Positions 9,503 to 18,950 of a DNA stretch of 58,217 bases are shown here, one piece after another. The stretch's first letter is position 1, and every line of letters begins with the position of its first letter. Below the pieces are notes generated by a model. That model saw only the letters and a program-made list of their open reading frames with translations. It was not told the DNA's origin and made no database searches. This stretch comes from a virus. Lineage: Duplodnaviria; Caudoviricetes. A program made the translations under genes and the position numbers. Location: positions 1 through 58,217 of IMG/VR virus record IMGVR_UViG_3300048558_000101, one strand, 5' to 3'.

Positions 9503-10411
9503 ATGGACAGGCAGGGAAAGCAAGCAAAAGAGATTGCCTTCATGGATGAGCGCGAGCCGCAGGTCGTTCTCTATGACATTGAATTGGATGACGCAGCTCT
9601 TGACCCTTACCAATTCCGTGCCTACCAGCGCATAGCGCGCCGCTGTGCGGGCAAAAACACCGGCGAGTGCTTCGAGAAGCTTGAAATTATGGCCACCTCC
9701 TGCAAGATGAGTTCGTCCCAGCTAAAGCGGTCTCTGCGCGTCTTAATTGAACGCAGGATGATTATCCGCAGAAGTGAGCCAGGCAAGCCGTCGCACTACG
9801 CTTTACTCGATAAAAAGCACTGGATCACTTTCGCTGAATGGTCGAAAAAACACACCAACCCGGCTCTACCAGAGCCACCTACCCAGCTCTCACAGAGCTA
9901 CCACCCAGCTCTACCAGAGCCGCACCCAGCTCTACCAGAGCTACCACCCGGCTCTGACAGAGCCGACATGAAGAATACAAAGAAGAATACAAATAAAGAA
10001 AACAAAGAAGAGCACACAGGCGCAGGCGAGCCTGATGATTTTGACCCTCCATTTTCCACCATTGATTCGGAAACCAACTCCGAACGGGACTACCTCACCG
10101 CAGACCCATTACCTGATGTGATTGCCGCTTATGAGTCTGCATTCAACCAAAAGCCCAACAACTTCCAGCAGGAGCAAATGCGACAGGTAACCGATCTCGA
10201 GGTCTGGAAACTAACCCTGTTGCAATGGCGGACAAATGATTGGTCTCGGAAGAACCTCTTCAAAATGATCGAACAGTACAAAGAAAACGTGATTCGCGCC
10301 GCACAGAACAGTATGTTCAATGGAGACAGCAATGGACAAATTCACAGGAGATATTCAGACGCTGGCAGTCGAGGAATTGAAGCTCTCAGAAGCTATCTCA
10401 CGGGGGAGTAA
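9503..10411 (+). CDS. Replication initiator (lambda O-like, N-terminal winged HTH)
   Basis: HTH region MATSCKMSSSQLKRSLRVLIERRMI; internal iterons; start uncertain (9503 or 9542). Confidence 0.75.
   Translation: MDRQGKQAKEIAFMDEREPQVVLYDIELDDAALDPYQFRAYQRIARRCAGKNTGECFEKLEIMATSCKMSSSQLKRSLRVLIERRMIIRRSEPGKPSHYALLDKKHWITFAEWSKKHTNPALPEPPTQLSQSYHPALPEPHPALPELPPGSDRADMKNTKKNTNKENKEEHTGAGEPDDFDPPFSTIDSETNSERDYLTADPLPDVIAAYESAFNQKPNNFQQEQMRQVTDLEVWKLTLLQWRTNDWSRKNLFKMIEQYKENVIRAAQNSMFNGDSNGQIHRRYSDAGSRGIEALRSYLTGE
9858..10010 (+). repeat. Replication origin: five 19-bp iterons plus A-rich tract
   Basis: ACCCRGCTCTnnCAGAGCY at 9858, 9881, 9903, 9924 and 9946, each internally palindromic, followed by AAGAATACAAAGAAGAATACAAATAAAGAAAAC. 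Confidence 0.85.
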
Positions 10412-10994
10412 ACCGCGCCGCGTTCGCACTGATCGCGAGAAAGCGCTTGCGTCCCTGATAGCAAAGGCCTGGATTGCCACCGGGCGCAACTTGCCAACCA
10501 GTGATGAGCAATTGTCGCTGGTCGTCGCGGCCTATGCGGAAGCCTTAGTAGAGATTCCCAACGATGAACTGGCCGCAGCCTTCAAGGCCGGGATTGCGCT
10601 GCACAGGGAAAGCACATCAGCGCCCTTCAACCCGGAATTCGTGATGGAAGGCTGGGGTGAATACCGCCGGGCAAAGCGCCACGATGAAGAGAGGGAGCGC
10701 CGGAAAAACGAGTTACTCAATCCTGGAGTTTTCAAGTGCGAGTTTTGCGAAGACTCAGGATTCCAGAAAGTGCTGATCTGGTGCCCGACGCTTCAGAACT
10801 GGTTCGGCAGGATGCGCGGTTGTAAATGCGAAGCGGCGCCGGTTGCGGCCCGGCACGAAACCATTCCGTGCCCGCCGACCTGGAAAAAGGGAAAGCAGGA
10901 TTACTGGGAACCTGTTGGTCACAACGGATTGAAGTGCCACTGCGCCCACTGCACGAACGGTTACCACCAGGTAAAGCATCAAGGGGTCATGTGA
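10332..10994 (+). CDS. Putative helicase loader-like protein with C-terminal Cys/Zn motifs
   Basis: Follows the initiator; helical N-terminus; CEFC, CKC and CHCAHC motifs. Confidence 0.6.
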   Translation: MDKFTGDIQTLAVEELKLSEAISRGSKPRRVRTDREKALASLIAKAWIATGRNLPTSDEQLSLVVAAYAEALVEIPNDELAAAFKAGIALHRESTSAPFNPEFVMEGWGEYRRAKRHDEERERRKNELLNPGVFKCEFCEDSGFQKVLIWCPTLQNWFGRMRGCKCEAAPVAARHETIPCPPTWKKGKQDYWEPVGHNGLKCHCAHCTNGYHQVKHQGVM

Positions 10995-13087
10995 GAAAAG
11001 GAAGAAAGCTAAAAGCAGCGGATTTGTTTTGTGGCGCAGGTGGGCTGACCACCGGCCTATTGCTGGCCTGTGAGATGCAAGGCGTGCAGCCGGATTTGAT
11101 TGCGGTCAACCATTGGGACATCGCGATCGCCACACACTCACAGAATCACCCCAAGGTAGACCACCATTGCACCGGGCTGGATAACGTTGACCCTCGCAAG
11201 CTGGTGCCGGGCGGAAAACTGGATCTACTGGTTGCATCACCTGAATGCGTTCATCACTCAAACGCGCGTGGTGGAATGCCCATCAATGATCAATCTCGCG
11301 CGAGTGCGTGGAGGCTTGTTGAGTGGTGTTCGCAGATTGAAGTAAAGCACCTGTTGATTGAAAACGTTCCGGAGTTCCGTACTTGGGGACCGCTCAAGAA
11401 GGTCAGGGTGAAGCGCGAAATCCCTGTCGAGTACCCGCTTGTGCCCTTTGACAAATGGATCAAGAAAACACGCCGCTACGGTGGGACTGAAGATGAATGG
11501 CAGAAAATATATGGCCATCTCGCTAAGAGCAGTCAGCCCATAGGGAAGCGTAAGGAGCCGGTGACGATCACCGTTATGCGGCCCGACGAAAAGCATAAAG
11601 GTGAAATCTACTTCTCGTTTCTGAATGCGCTTCGTGCTCTGGGCTATAACGTTGATGATCGCATTCTGAACGCGGCAGACTATGGTGATCCGACCAGCCG
11701 CGAGCGGCTTTTTATTCAGGCGCGACTTGGCCGCAAGCCACTTATCTGGCCTGAGCCGACGCACGCGCCGGCGGCGAAGCCAAAGGCAAATGGGAATGGT
11801 AACGGCCACCTGTTCGATATGAGCCATACCCGCGCGCCCTATCGCACCGCGCGCGAGATTATTGACTGGTCACTGCCGGGCGAATCCATTTACACGCGCA
11901 AGCGGCCGCTCAAGCCGAACACACTGAACCGCATCTTCAAGGGCCTCGATAAGTTCGCGGGCATCCCGTTCATCGTGCCGCAGGAAGGCGACGATCGCAT
12001 CCGAAGCATTGACCGCCCGCTTCAGGTCATCAAGACGCAATCGCGCGGCATCGGCCTGGTGCAACCATACCTGGTTAAATTCTTAGGCGGTCAGGACTCA
12101 CAAAGCCTTGACGAGCCGCTTCCGACCATCACGGCCAACTATGAGCATTATGGCTTAGCACAGCCATACATCGTCGTTTTGCGAAACAACGTGGATGCGC
12201 AATCACTCGATCAGCCGCTGAAGACGCTGGTTGCTGGCGGCAATCACTTTGGGCTTGCTCAGCCTTTCATCGTACAGATGCGGAACGGTCAGTCAGCGCA
12301 GTCCATTGACGATCCGCTCAGCACGATCACGACAATGGGCGCGCATCACGCGCTTTGCGAGCCATTCATTATTGGCGCAGGTGGCCCGACTGGTACGGGT
12401 CGGCCTCGAAGCGTTGACCAGCCTCTGAAATCTGTTCTGACTGAATCTCACCAAGCTCTTATTGAGCCTTTCATCCTTACGATGGAGCACGGTGGTTCGG
12501 TGAGGCCTATTGATAAGCCGCTCAATACGATCACAACTGCCAAGGGTGGCGCGCACGGATTGGTTCAGCCGTTTTTGGTTCAGGTCGCTCACGGCAATGA
12601 CGGCTTCGATGGGCGCCGTGTGCATTCAGTGGATGAGCCTATGAAAACCATCACGGCTAACGGTGATGGCTGGGCGGTTTGCCAGCCTTTCGTTATTCCA
12701 ACCAACCACGGCAAAGACGAGCGCAGCCACGACATCAACCATCCGATGCCCACGATCACCAGCGTTGATGCGTGGGGACTGATTGAGCCTTTCCTGGTCA
12801 AGTACAACGGCACTGGCGGCGCGATGCCGGTCACCAAACCGCTCGATACGGTCACGGCGAAGGACCGGTTTGGGCTGGTTGAAACGCAGATCGGCGAAGG
12901 CCAGTTGGCATTGCTGGATATTCGATTCCGAATGCTGCAGCCGCACGAGTTGGCGGCGGCGATGTCGTTTCCGAAGAGCTATTCATTCGCTGGCAATCGC
13001 GAACAGAAGGTCAAACAGATCGGGAATGCAGTTCCTGTAAATCTCGCAAAGGCACTGTGCAGCGCGATCATTGGAGGGACTGCATGA
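10991..13087 (+). CDS. C5-cytosine DNA methyltransferase with nine internal repeats
   Basis: DLFCGAGG (I), SPEC (IV), ENV (VI), RERLF (VIII), KQIGNAVP (X); GTG start overlapping the previous stop. Confidence 0.92.
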   Translation: MRKGRKLKAADLFCGAGGLTTGLLLACEMQGVQPDLIAVNHWDIAIATHSQNHPKVDHHCTGLDNVDPRKLVPGGKLDLLVASPECVHHSNARGGMPINDQSRASAWRLVEWCSQIEVKHLLIENVPEFRTWGPLKKVRVKREIPVEYPLVPFDKWIKKTRRYGGTEDEWQKIYGHLAKSSQPIGKRKEPVTITVMRPDEKHKGEIYFSFLNALRALGYNVDDRILNAADYGDPTSRERLFIQARLGRKPLIWPEPTHAPAAKPKANGNGNGHLFDMSHTRAPYRTAREIIDWSLPGESIYTRKRPLKPNTLNRIFKGLDKFAGIPFIVPQEGDDRIRSIDRPLQVIKTQSRGIGLVQPYLVKFLGGQDSQSLDEPLPTITANYEHYGLAQPYIVVLRNNVDAQSLDQPLKTLVAGGNHFGLAQPFIVQMRNGQSAQSIDDPLSTITTMGAHHALCEPFIIGAGGPTGTGRPRSVDQPLKSVLTESHQALIEPFILTMEHGGSVRPIDKPLNTITTAKGGAHGLVQPFLVQVAHGNDGFDGRRVHSVDEPMKTITANGDGWAVCQPFVIPTNHGKDERSHDINHPMPTITSVDAWGLIEPFLVKYNGTGGAMPVTKPLDTVTAKDRFGLVETQIGEGQLALLDIRFRMLQPHELAAAMSFPKSYSFAGNREQKVKQIGNAVPVNLAKALCSAIIGGTA

Positions 13088-13563
13088 CTGAGCAGATCAA
13101 GATAAAGCGTTCAAAAAGCGCATTCACGGCAGAGAGCGTGCGCCGGGCCTATGAGCGGGAGACTCAGGAGCACGAACACCAGAAGACGGTGATTCAATGG
13201 CGCAACACCGAAGGCGCTCGCCTGCCTGGCATCGAGCGACTGCACGCCATCCCCAACGGCGGCAAGCGAAGTACAGCGGTTGCGGCCAAGCTCAAAGCAG
13301 AAGGGGCGCTTGAAGGCGTCAGTGACCTTTTCCTGCCGCACCCGGAGCGCGGGTATCACGGTCTCTACATCGAGGTAAAACGAATCGGCAGGAGAGCAAC
13401 ACCGGAACAAGTCAAGTTTTTGTATGGAGTGGCCGCCGAAGGCTACTGCGCATTTGAATGCCAAGGTGCCAACGCCACGATTGAAACGCTACGCTGGTAT
13501 TACGGGTTGCGCGACACGCTGCCGCCAAGGGCAAAACAGTTTTTCGCTGACGTGAATGTTTGA
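13084..13563 (+). CDS. VRR-NUC family nuclease
   Basis: EHEHQ...HAIPNGGKR...GVSDL...IEVK...EQ pattern. Confidence 0.85.
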   Translation: MTEQIKIKRSKSAFTAESVRRAYERETQEHEHQKTVIQWRNTEGARLPGIERLHAIPNGGKRSTAVAAKLKAEGALEGVSDLFLPHPERGYHGLYIEVKRIGRRATPEQVKFLYGVAAEGYCAFECQGANATIETLRWYYGLRDTLPPRAKQFFADVNV

Positions 13564-13573
13564 GAGAGGCTGT

Positions 13574-13945
13574 ATGACTCAAATGTCTATCTTCGAAATT
13601 CAGCCGCCGCCAGCGCCGCCGCGCGACGTGTGTGAGCGCAAGAGCCGCGGCAATGTTGAATCAAAGGCCGCGCACGCCAGCATTGCCGAAGGCGCTGAAG
13701 CACTACGGCAAAAGGTGCTGGCTTTCATTCAGGAGCAAGGAACCAACGGCGCCACGCTGCACGAAATAGCCAGCGCTTTAGATCTGAAGGTTCATACGGT
13801 GTCGGCACTGCTGTCCGAATTGAAGGGCTACAACGATCTGCCCGAGCGAATTCGCAAAGTCGCGCGCCGCGATGGCTGCGGCGTCTGCATCGCGATTGGT
13901 TTTCTCGCTCAATGGGAAGCCGAACAACAACAGAAAGAGGTTTAA
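13574..13945 (+). CDS. Small winged-HTH protein with N-terminal QMSIF motif
   Basis: GATLHEIASALDLKVHTVSALLSEL HTH. Confidence 0.7.
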   Translation: MTQMSIFEIQPPPAPPRDVCERKSRGNVESKAAHASIAEGAEALRQKVLAFIQEQGTNGATLHEIASALDLKVHTVSALLSELKGYNDLPERIRKVARRDGCGVCIAIGFLAQWEAEQQQKEV

Positions 13946-13949
13946 CCCA

Positions 13950-14930
13950 ATGGCTAAAGGGACAGGCATCGAATATTGCGACGACACAATTAACCCAAGT
14001 ACGGGCTGTGAGGGATGCGAGCTATGGAATGGGCGGGACATGCGCGCTTGCTACGCTGGCAACCTTCACGAAAGCCGATTGGCACAATCGCTGCCGCATC
14101 TGTACGACAAGAATTTTCAAAATGTACGGCTCGCGCCAGGCCGCATGATGCAGGCCGCGCGCTGGGCCGATCTGCGCGGCACTGACAGGCCGGACAAGCC
14201 TTGGCTCAATGGCTTCCCGCGAATGATCTTTGTGGGTGACATGGGCGACTTCGCCAGCAAGGCAGTCCAGGCCCAATACATCGTGGATGAAATTATCGGG
14301 GCGATTCGATCCCCACAAGGCCAGCGCCATTTCTGGTTGCTACTCACAAAACAGATTCGCAGACTGGCCGAAATTTCGCATCTGATAGGCGGCCTGCCCG
14401 ACAACTGCATGGCCATGACCACCGTTACCAGCCAACACACGGCAAACATACGTGTGCGTGATTTGCTTCGGGTCAAATCCAAATGGAAAGGCATCAGCGC
14501 CGAACCATTGCTGGAGTCTGTGGAACTGGATGACCTTGTGATCAAGGACGGCAGGCCTGGCGAGTGGCGAGTGAACTGTCTTGACGCTGAAGGTATTGAT
14601 CCCAAAGACGACATCGAGTTTAACGGCGCAACTGTCAATTGGGTAATCTGTGGCGGCGAGTCCGACCAGAAGGAACACCCAGCACGGCCTTCGCACCCAG
14701 ACTGGTTTCGGACAATGCGTGACGCATGTGTCGCGGCCAACGTGCCGTTTTTCTTCAAACAGAACGGCGCATATTTGCCTGCCTGCGATGTTGATATTTG
14801 CCACCCTGCGATGGGGCGGCCACCCGCCGCCGAGTTTGACGAAGTTCGGTTTGTGCATGTCGGCAAGGCATACGCAGGCCGCTTGTTGGACGGGCACCAA
14901 TGGAATCAGATGCCACAGCTACTCAACTAA
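13950..14930 (+). CDS. DUF5131 (Gp37/Gp68) family protein
   Basis: TGIEYCDDTINPSTGC, FVGDMGD, LLTK, SAEPLL, WVICGGES, FFFKQ. Confidence 0.88.
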   Translation: MAKGTGIEYCDDTINPSTGCEGCELWNGRDMRACYAGNLHESRLAQSLPHLYDKNFQNVRLAPGRMMQAARWADLRGTDRPDKPWLNGFPRMIFVGDMGDFASKAVQAQYIVDEIIGAIRSPQGQRHFWLLLTKQIRRLAEISHLIGGLPDNCMAMTTVTSQHTANIRVRDLLRVKSKWKGISAEPLLESVELDDLVIKDGRPGEWRVNCLDAEGIDPKDDIEFNGATVNWVICGGESDQKEHPARPSHPDWFRTMRDACVAANVPFFFKQNGAYLPACDVDICHPAMGRPPAAEFDEVRFVHVGKAYAGRLLDGHQWNQMPQLLN

Positions 14931-14945
14931 AAAAGGAGACACCGC

Positions 14946-16049
14946 TTGAAATTCTCAATTCACAAGAACCCACTGCTGACCGAATTGCTGATGCTGCAAA
15001 GCGCGATCGAGCGCAAAACCACCATCCCGATTCTGTCCAATCTCCTGATGGAGGCGACCGCGAAGGGACTACGACTGGAAGCCACCGATCTGGATGTCCA
15101 CATTGCGACTTTGTGCGAGATCACTGTCGAACAGCCTGGCGCGTACTGCATTCCGGCCAAGAAGCTGATCGAGATCGTCAAGGTACTGCCGGATGCTGAA
15201 GTCTTGATTGAGGTCAAAGCCGATAAAGTGACAATCAAATGCGAGCGGTCAAGGTTCACGATGGGAACGCTGGGGCGAGAAAACTTCCCGGAGATGGAAG
15301 CCTACGAAGGCCCCTATCGCGCGCTGCCCGCTGATGCGATGCGGACGCTGATTGACCGCACCATCTTCGCGATCACGAACGAAGAGAGCCGCTACACGCT
15401 CAACGGTGCCAAGCTGGAAGTCCATTCTCATTTAGTGCGGATGGTCACGACTGACGGCCACCGTTTGGCATTGGTGGATAAGTCGCTGACCCCTGACGGC
15501 GAAAAATTCTGGGAAGCGCTGGTGCCAAAGCGCACTCTGGAATCCATCAAGAAGCTGGCGGCTGGCGAAGAGGCCGTTGAGATGGCCTTGAGTGAGCATC
15601 ACCTGTTCGTGCGCATCGGCAAGCGCACACTGGTTTCGCGCCTGCTGACCGGCCAGTTTCCAAACTACGAAATGGTTGTCCCGAAAGGCCTGCCGAACAG
15701 AATGGCGATCAACGCCCAAACCCTCGCGACCGCCATCAGACGAACCTCGCTGATGGCCGATGAGCGAAGCCGCGCAATCAAACTGGAGCTGAGCAAACAG
15801 CACGGCACGCTGATCGTGACCGCGCCCGATACAGAGCTGGGCGGCGCGACCGAAACGCTGGCACTTGCGGAATATTCCGGGCCTAACGTGACCATAGCGA
15901 TGGCCGCGGATTATGCGCTGGACGCGCTCAGCTCAATCGAAGGCGATGCCGTAATGGAGTTCAAACACGCAGGTTCGCAGGTGTTATTTACGCCGGGGGT
16001 AGAGCCTGCATACATCTGTCAGAACGTCGTGATGCCAATTCGTTTATAA
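14946..16049 (+). CDS. dnaN: DNA polymerase III beta sliding clamp (phage copy)
   Basis: TTIPILSN, ATDLD, RYTLNG, TDGHRL, GQFPNY, VMPIRL; AGGAG RBS with TTG start. Confidence 0.95.
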   Translation: MKFSIHKNPLLTELLMLQSAIERKTTIPILSNLLMEATAKGLRLEATDLDVHIATLCEITVEQPGAYCIPAKKLIEIVKVLPDAEVLIEVKADKVTIKCERSRFTMGTLGRENFPEMEAYEGPYRALPADAMRTLIDRTIFAITNEESRYTLNGAKLEVHSHLVRMVTTDGHRLALVDKSLTPDGEKFWEALVPKRTLESIKKLAAGEEAVEMALSEHHLFVRIGKRTLVSRLLTGQFPNYEMVVPKGLPNRMAINAQTLATAIRRTSLMADERSRAIKLELSKQHGTLIVTAPDTELGGATETLALAEYSGPNVTIAMAADYALDALSSIEGDAVMEFKHAGSQVLFTPGVEPAYICQNVVMPIRL

Positions 16050-16051
16050 CG

Positions 16052-17506
16052 ATGACCAACTGGACAATCAACAATCAGGACGTGATGGAGTGGGTGGCAC
16101 AGTACCAAGGCGAACCGTTTCACGCGCTATTGTGCGATCCGCCCTATCACCTGACAGGCCAGCACCGGCGATTGATGGGCCGCGATGGGCAGCATCGCGA
16201 GCGTAACGGCAAAGGCTTCATGGGCAAAGCATGGGATGGCGGCGACATAGCTTTCCGTCCCGAAACCTGGGCGGCGCTCGCGCAGCATCTGCATCCTGGC
16301 GCTTTTCTGATGGCTTTCGCCGCCAGTCGCGGCTGGCATCGTCAGGCCACCGCGATGGAAGACGCCGGGCTGATCATCCATCCCACGATTTGGCGCTACA
16401 CCACCGACCAGGGCGAAACCTTTTACTTCGATTCACTGGAAGGGTTCGAAAACTTCATCGCCACAGCAGCGGCTGATCCTGGCGTGCTGCAGGAACGGCA
16501 GCTTGGGCCTTTAGGCTTTGCCTTTGGCAGTGGATTTCCCAAAGGCGCGCGCGTGCAGCGTGACGGCGCGCCTCACATTGATTTCACTGGCCATCGCTAT
16601 GGATTGCAGACGATGAAACCGGCGGTCGAGCCAATCATTCTGGCGCAGAAGCCATTTGAAAGGCGACCCTTTGATGACATTACCCGCACGGGCGCGGGCG
16701 CGCTCTTCATTGACGCCGGGCGCGTCGGTGACAGCGGCGGCACGAAGGCCAGTCATCAGGGTGAGTTTAAGTACCAAGGCATCCCCGGACAGGTTCACGC
16801 CACCAGAGGCTACCGCACCGGCCATCAAGTCGAAGAGATTGATGACGGGCGCTGGCCAGCCAACCTAATCCTGGAAGACGGAGCAGCGGCAGCGCTTGAT
16901 GCACAGACTGGCATCCTCACCAGCGGCAAGCCTGTGGGCGTTAGGAAAACGGGTAACCGTACCGTCTATCGAGCTGACCCTACGCGCATCGGCACCCCCA
17001 TTACCGGCTACGGCGACAGCGGCGGCGCATCACGCTTCTTTTTCAAAGTAGCCGAGCAGATAGACTTGGCTGACCCGCTCTATTACTGCGCCAAGGCATC
17101 GCAGGAAGAGCGCAACGCGGGACTGGATCATCTGCCCAAACGCCAGAAGGTCTATAACGGACAGTCCGGCCAATCGGCAGGCCTCGCGCCTGGTAGTGTG
17201 GAAGACAAGTTCACCACGCAGCCCGCCGCCAACTCTCACCCGACGGTCAAGCCGCTCGGCCTGACCAAGTATCTGGCAACACTTCTATTGCCGCCGTCAG
17301 CCTACGCGCCGCGCCGAATTCTGATCCCGTTCGCCGGCGTGATGAGTGAAGCCATTGGGGCCATGAAAGCCGGTTGGGATGAGATCGTGGCGGTAGAGCG
17401 AGAGGCTGAGTACGTGACGATCGGGAAAGCCCGAATGCGTTACTGGCAACTGAAATTTGAAGGTTCGCTGTTCGCCAATCTGGACAGCAAGAAGGAGATC
17501 GCATGA
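16052..17506 (+). CDS. N6-adenine/N4-cytosine DNA methyltransferase, beta class
   Basis: DPPY at N-terminus; GRWPAN; HPTVKP; degenerate PFAG motif I at C-terminus. Confidence 0.88.
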   Translation: MTNWTINNQDVMEWVAQYQGEPFHALLCDPPYHLTGQHRRLMGRDGQHRERNGKGFMGKAWDGGDIAFRPETWAALAQHLHPGAFLMAFAASRGWHRQATAMEDAGLIIHPTIWRYTTDQGETFYFDSLEGFENFIATAAADPGVLQERQLGPLGFAFGSGFPKGARVQRDGAPHIDFTGHRYGLQTMKPAVEPIILAQKPFERRPFDDITRTGAGALFIDAGRVGDSGGTKASHQGEFKYQGIPGQVHATRGYRTGHQVEEIDDGRWPANLILEDGAAAALDAQTGILTSGKPVGVRKTGNRTVYRADPTRIGTPITGYGDSGGASRFFFKVAEQIDLADPLYYCAKASQEERNAGLDHLPKRQKVYNGQSGQSAGLAPGSVEDKFTTQPAANSHPTVKPLGLTKYLATLLLPPSAYAPRRILIPFAGVMSEAIGAMKAGWDEIVAVEREAEYVTIGKARMRYWQLKFEGSLFANLDSKKEIA

Positions 17507-17790
17507 GCCAACAATACGCTGATGGCCTGAAGGAGAGGTGGAGCCATGCGCGGCCACTCGCGCCGATGATGCTCGCGATGGCTGTAGGGAATGAACCGCA
17601 CCTGACGCCAGAAATCGTGCAGGAGATCAATCGGCAGAAAGAGATTGACCGGCTGCGCGGTCTGCTCGCGGACAAGGAGGCGGAGAACATTCAGTTGCGG
17701 ACGCAAGTTATGGAATCGCTGGAATTGCTTCAACGTCAGTTTGATCGAATAGAAAGATTGCTTAGTCGGCGTGAAGTGCAGGACGGGTAA
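17503..17790 (+). CDS. Coiled-coil hypothetical protein
   Basis: AGGAG RBS; ATGA overlap with the methyltransferase. Confidence 0.7.
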   Translation: MSQQYADGLKERWSHARPLAPMMLAMAVGNEPHLTPEIVQEINRQKEIDRLRGLLADKEAENIQLRTQVMESLELLQRQFDRIERLLSRREVQDG

Positions 17791-17876
17791 AAGGAAGGGC
17801 GCGGCAGTCGCCCTGAAGGAATCACTAAATCGCGCAAATCTTACCAATAACCGGAGCATTAACAAAGGGGTACATA

Positions 17877-18794
17877 ATGGAAGCGCGAAATCTACAATCT
17901 CAAAAAAGCAAAGTCGCCGTCGCGGTATCAATCATTGATCTGCTCAACCGCGTTGAAGACAGCACGGAAAACATTATTGCATCCATCCCAGGAATGCCTG
18001 ACGAACAGTTGATTGAGCTTCGCATGCAGGCCAAGGCAATGGGACGAGCTGCATTCCAGATTGAATGCGCTGCTGATGCTGAAATTCTGAAGCGGGAAAG
18101 CCAGCGGCGCGGGCCTGGCGTTAGGGACGTTGAAAGCAAAGGCGTAGAGGCCGCCGTGAAGGAACACGCCAAGACGATTGGTGTTCATCCGCGAACTATT
18201 TACGAAAATGCCCGCATTCACTCAACTTTCTTTAATTCTGGTGCCGCCACCAGTAATAAGGAAAAGCAAGGTGGAACGGAAATTCTGGAAGACAAGGAAT
18301 TCTATCGCCTCGCGCTTCGAAGTGATGACCCGCACAAAACGATCCAGCATTTTGCAGACGAAAAGGCGGCAAACCCATTCTTCACTACCAAAGATGCCCG
18401 CCGGGAAGTATATGCCGAAAAGACACCTTCGATTGACTCAGCCGTCCCGCCGCTGATCGAAGACGCGGCCGTCAAAGCCTGGTACGAGCGATATGTGCGC
18501 GCCGTCAGTGAAGCGCCCACGCCGGGCCTGCGCCGTATCCTGCGCGATTCGCTGGAAGAGGTTCGCGACCATGTGCAGCGCCCGACAGAAAGCCGCCGCG
18601 CACAACTGCTGGCGCTGATTCATGAAGGAATAGATGAGCAAGACCTGATCGCGAAAGAGATTTCGATTGACCGGATACACGTCGCGGTTTGGCTCAACCG
18701 CCTGATGGAAGACGGCACCCTGACCAGCTTTGAGAAAGAGCGGACGCCTGGCGCGCGTGGACAAACACGCACTGGCTACCGATTGAGAAAATAG
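17877..18794 (+). CDS. Hypothetical DNA-binding protein (HTH segments), possible late regulator
   Basis: HAKTIGVHPRTIY and C-terminal winged-helix-like IAKEISIDRIHVAVWLNRLMEDG; position at the end of the early region. Confidence 0.6.
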   Translation: MEARNLQSQKSKVAVAVSIIDLLNRVEDSTENIIASIPGMPDEQLIELRMQAKAMGRAAFQIECAADAEILKRESQRRGPGVRDVESKGVEAAVKEHAKTIGVHPRTIYENARIHSTFFNSGAATSNKEKQGGTEILEDKEFYRLALRSDDPHKTIQHFADEKAANPFFTTKDARREVYAEKTPSIDSAVPPLIEDAAVKAWYERYVRAVSEAPTPGLRRILRDSLEEVRDHVQRPTESRRAQLLALIHEGIDEQDLIAKEISIDRIHVAVWLNRLMEDGTLTSFEKERTPGARGQTRTGYRLRK

Positions 18795-18950
18795 ATCGTG
18801 AGGAATAAACCGACTGCAAAATAATCTGGGGCAATCCGTAGGCTTCGCCAAATTTTCCTTCGGACATTTAGCCGTCCCAATTGAAGGATGCCTTACCGGA
18901 AAAGGCCGATGCTGCCCGCAGCCGGCCTTTCCACCCCTCAAAAAACTTCT

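Noticed and set aside
9858-9964. Palindromic repeats as a mini-CRISPR
   Set aside because: Spacers are only 2-4 nt and lie within the replication gene, which fits iterons
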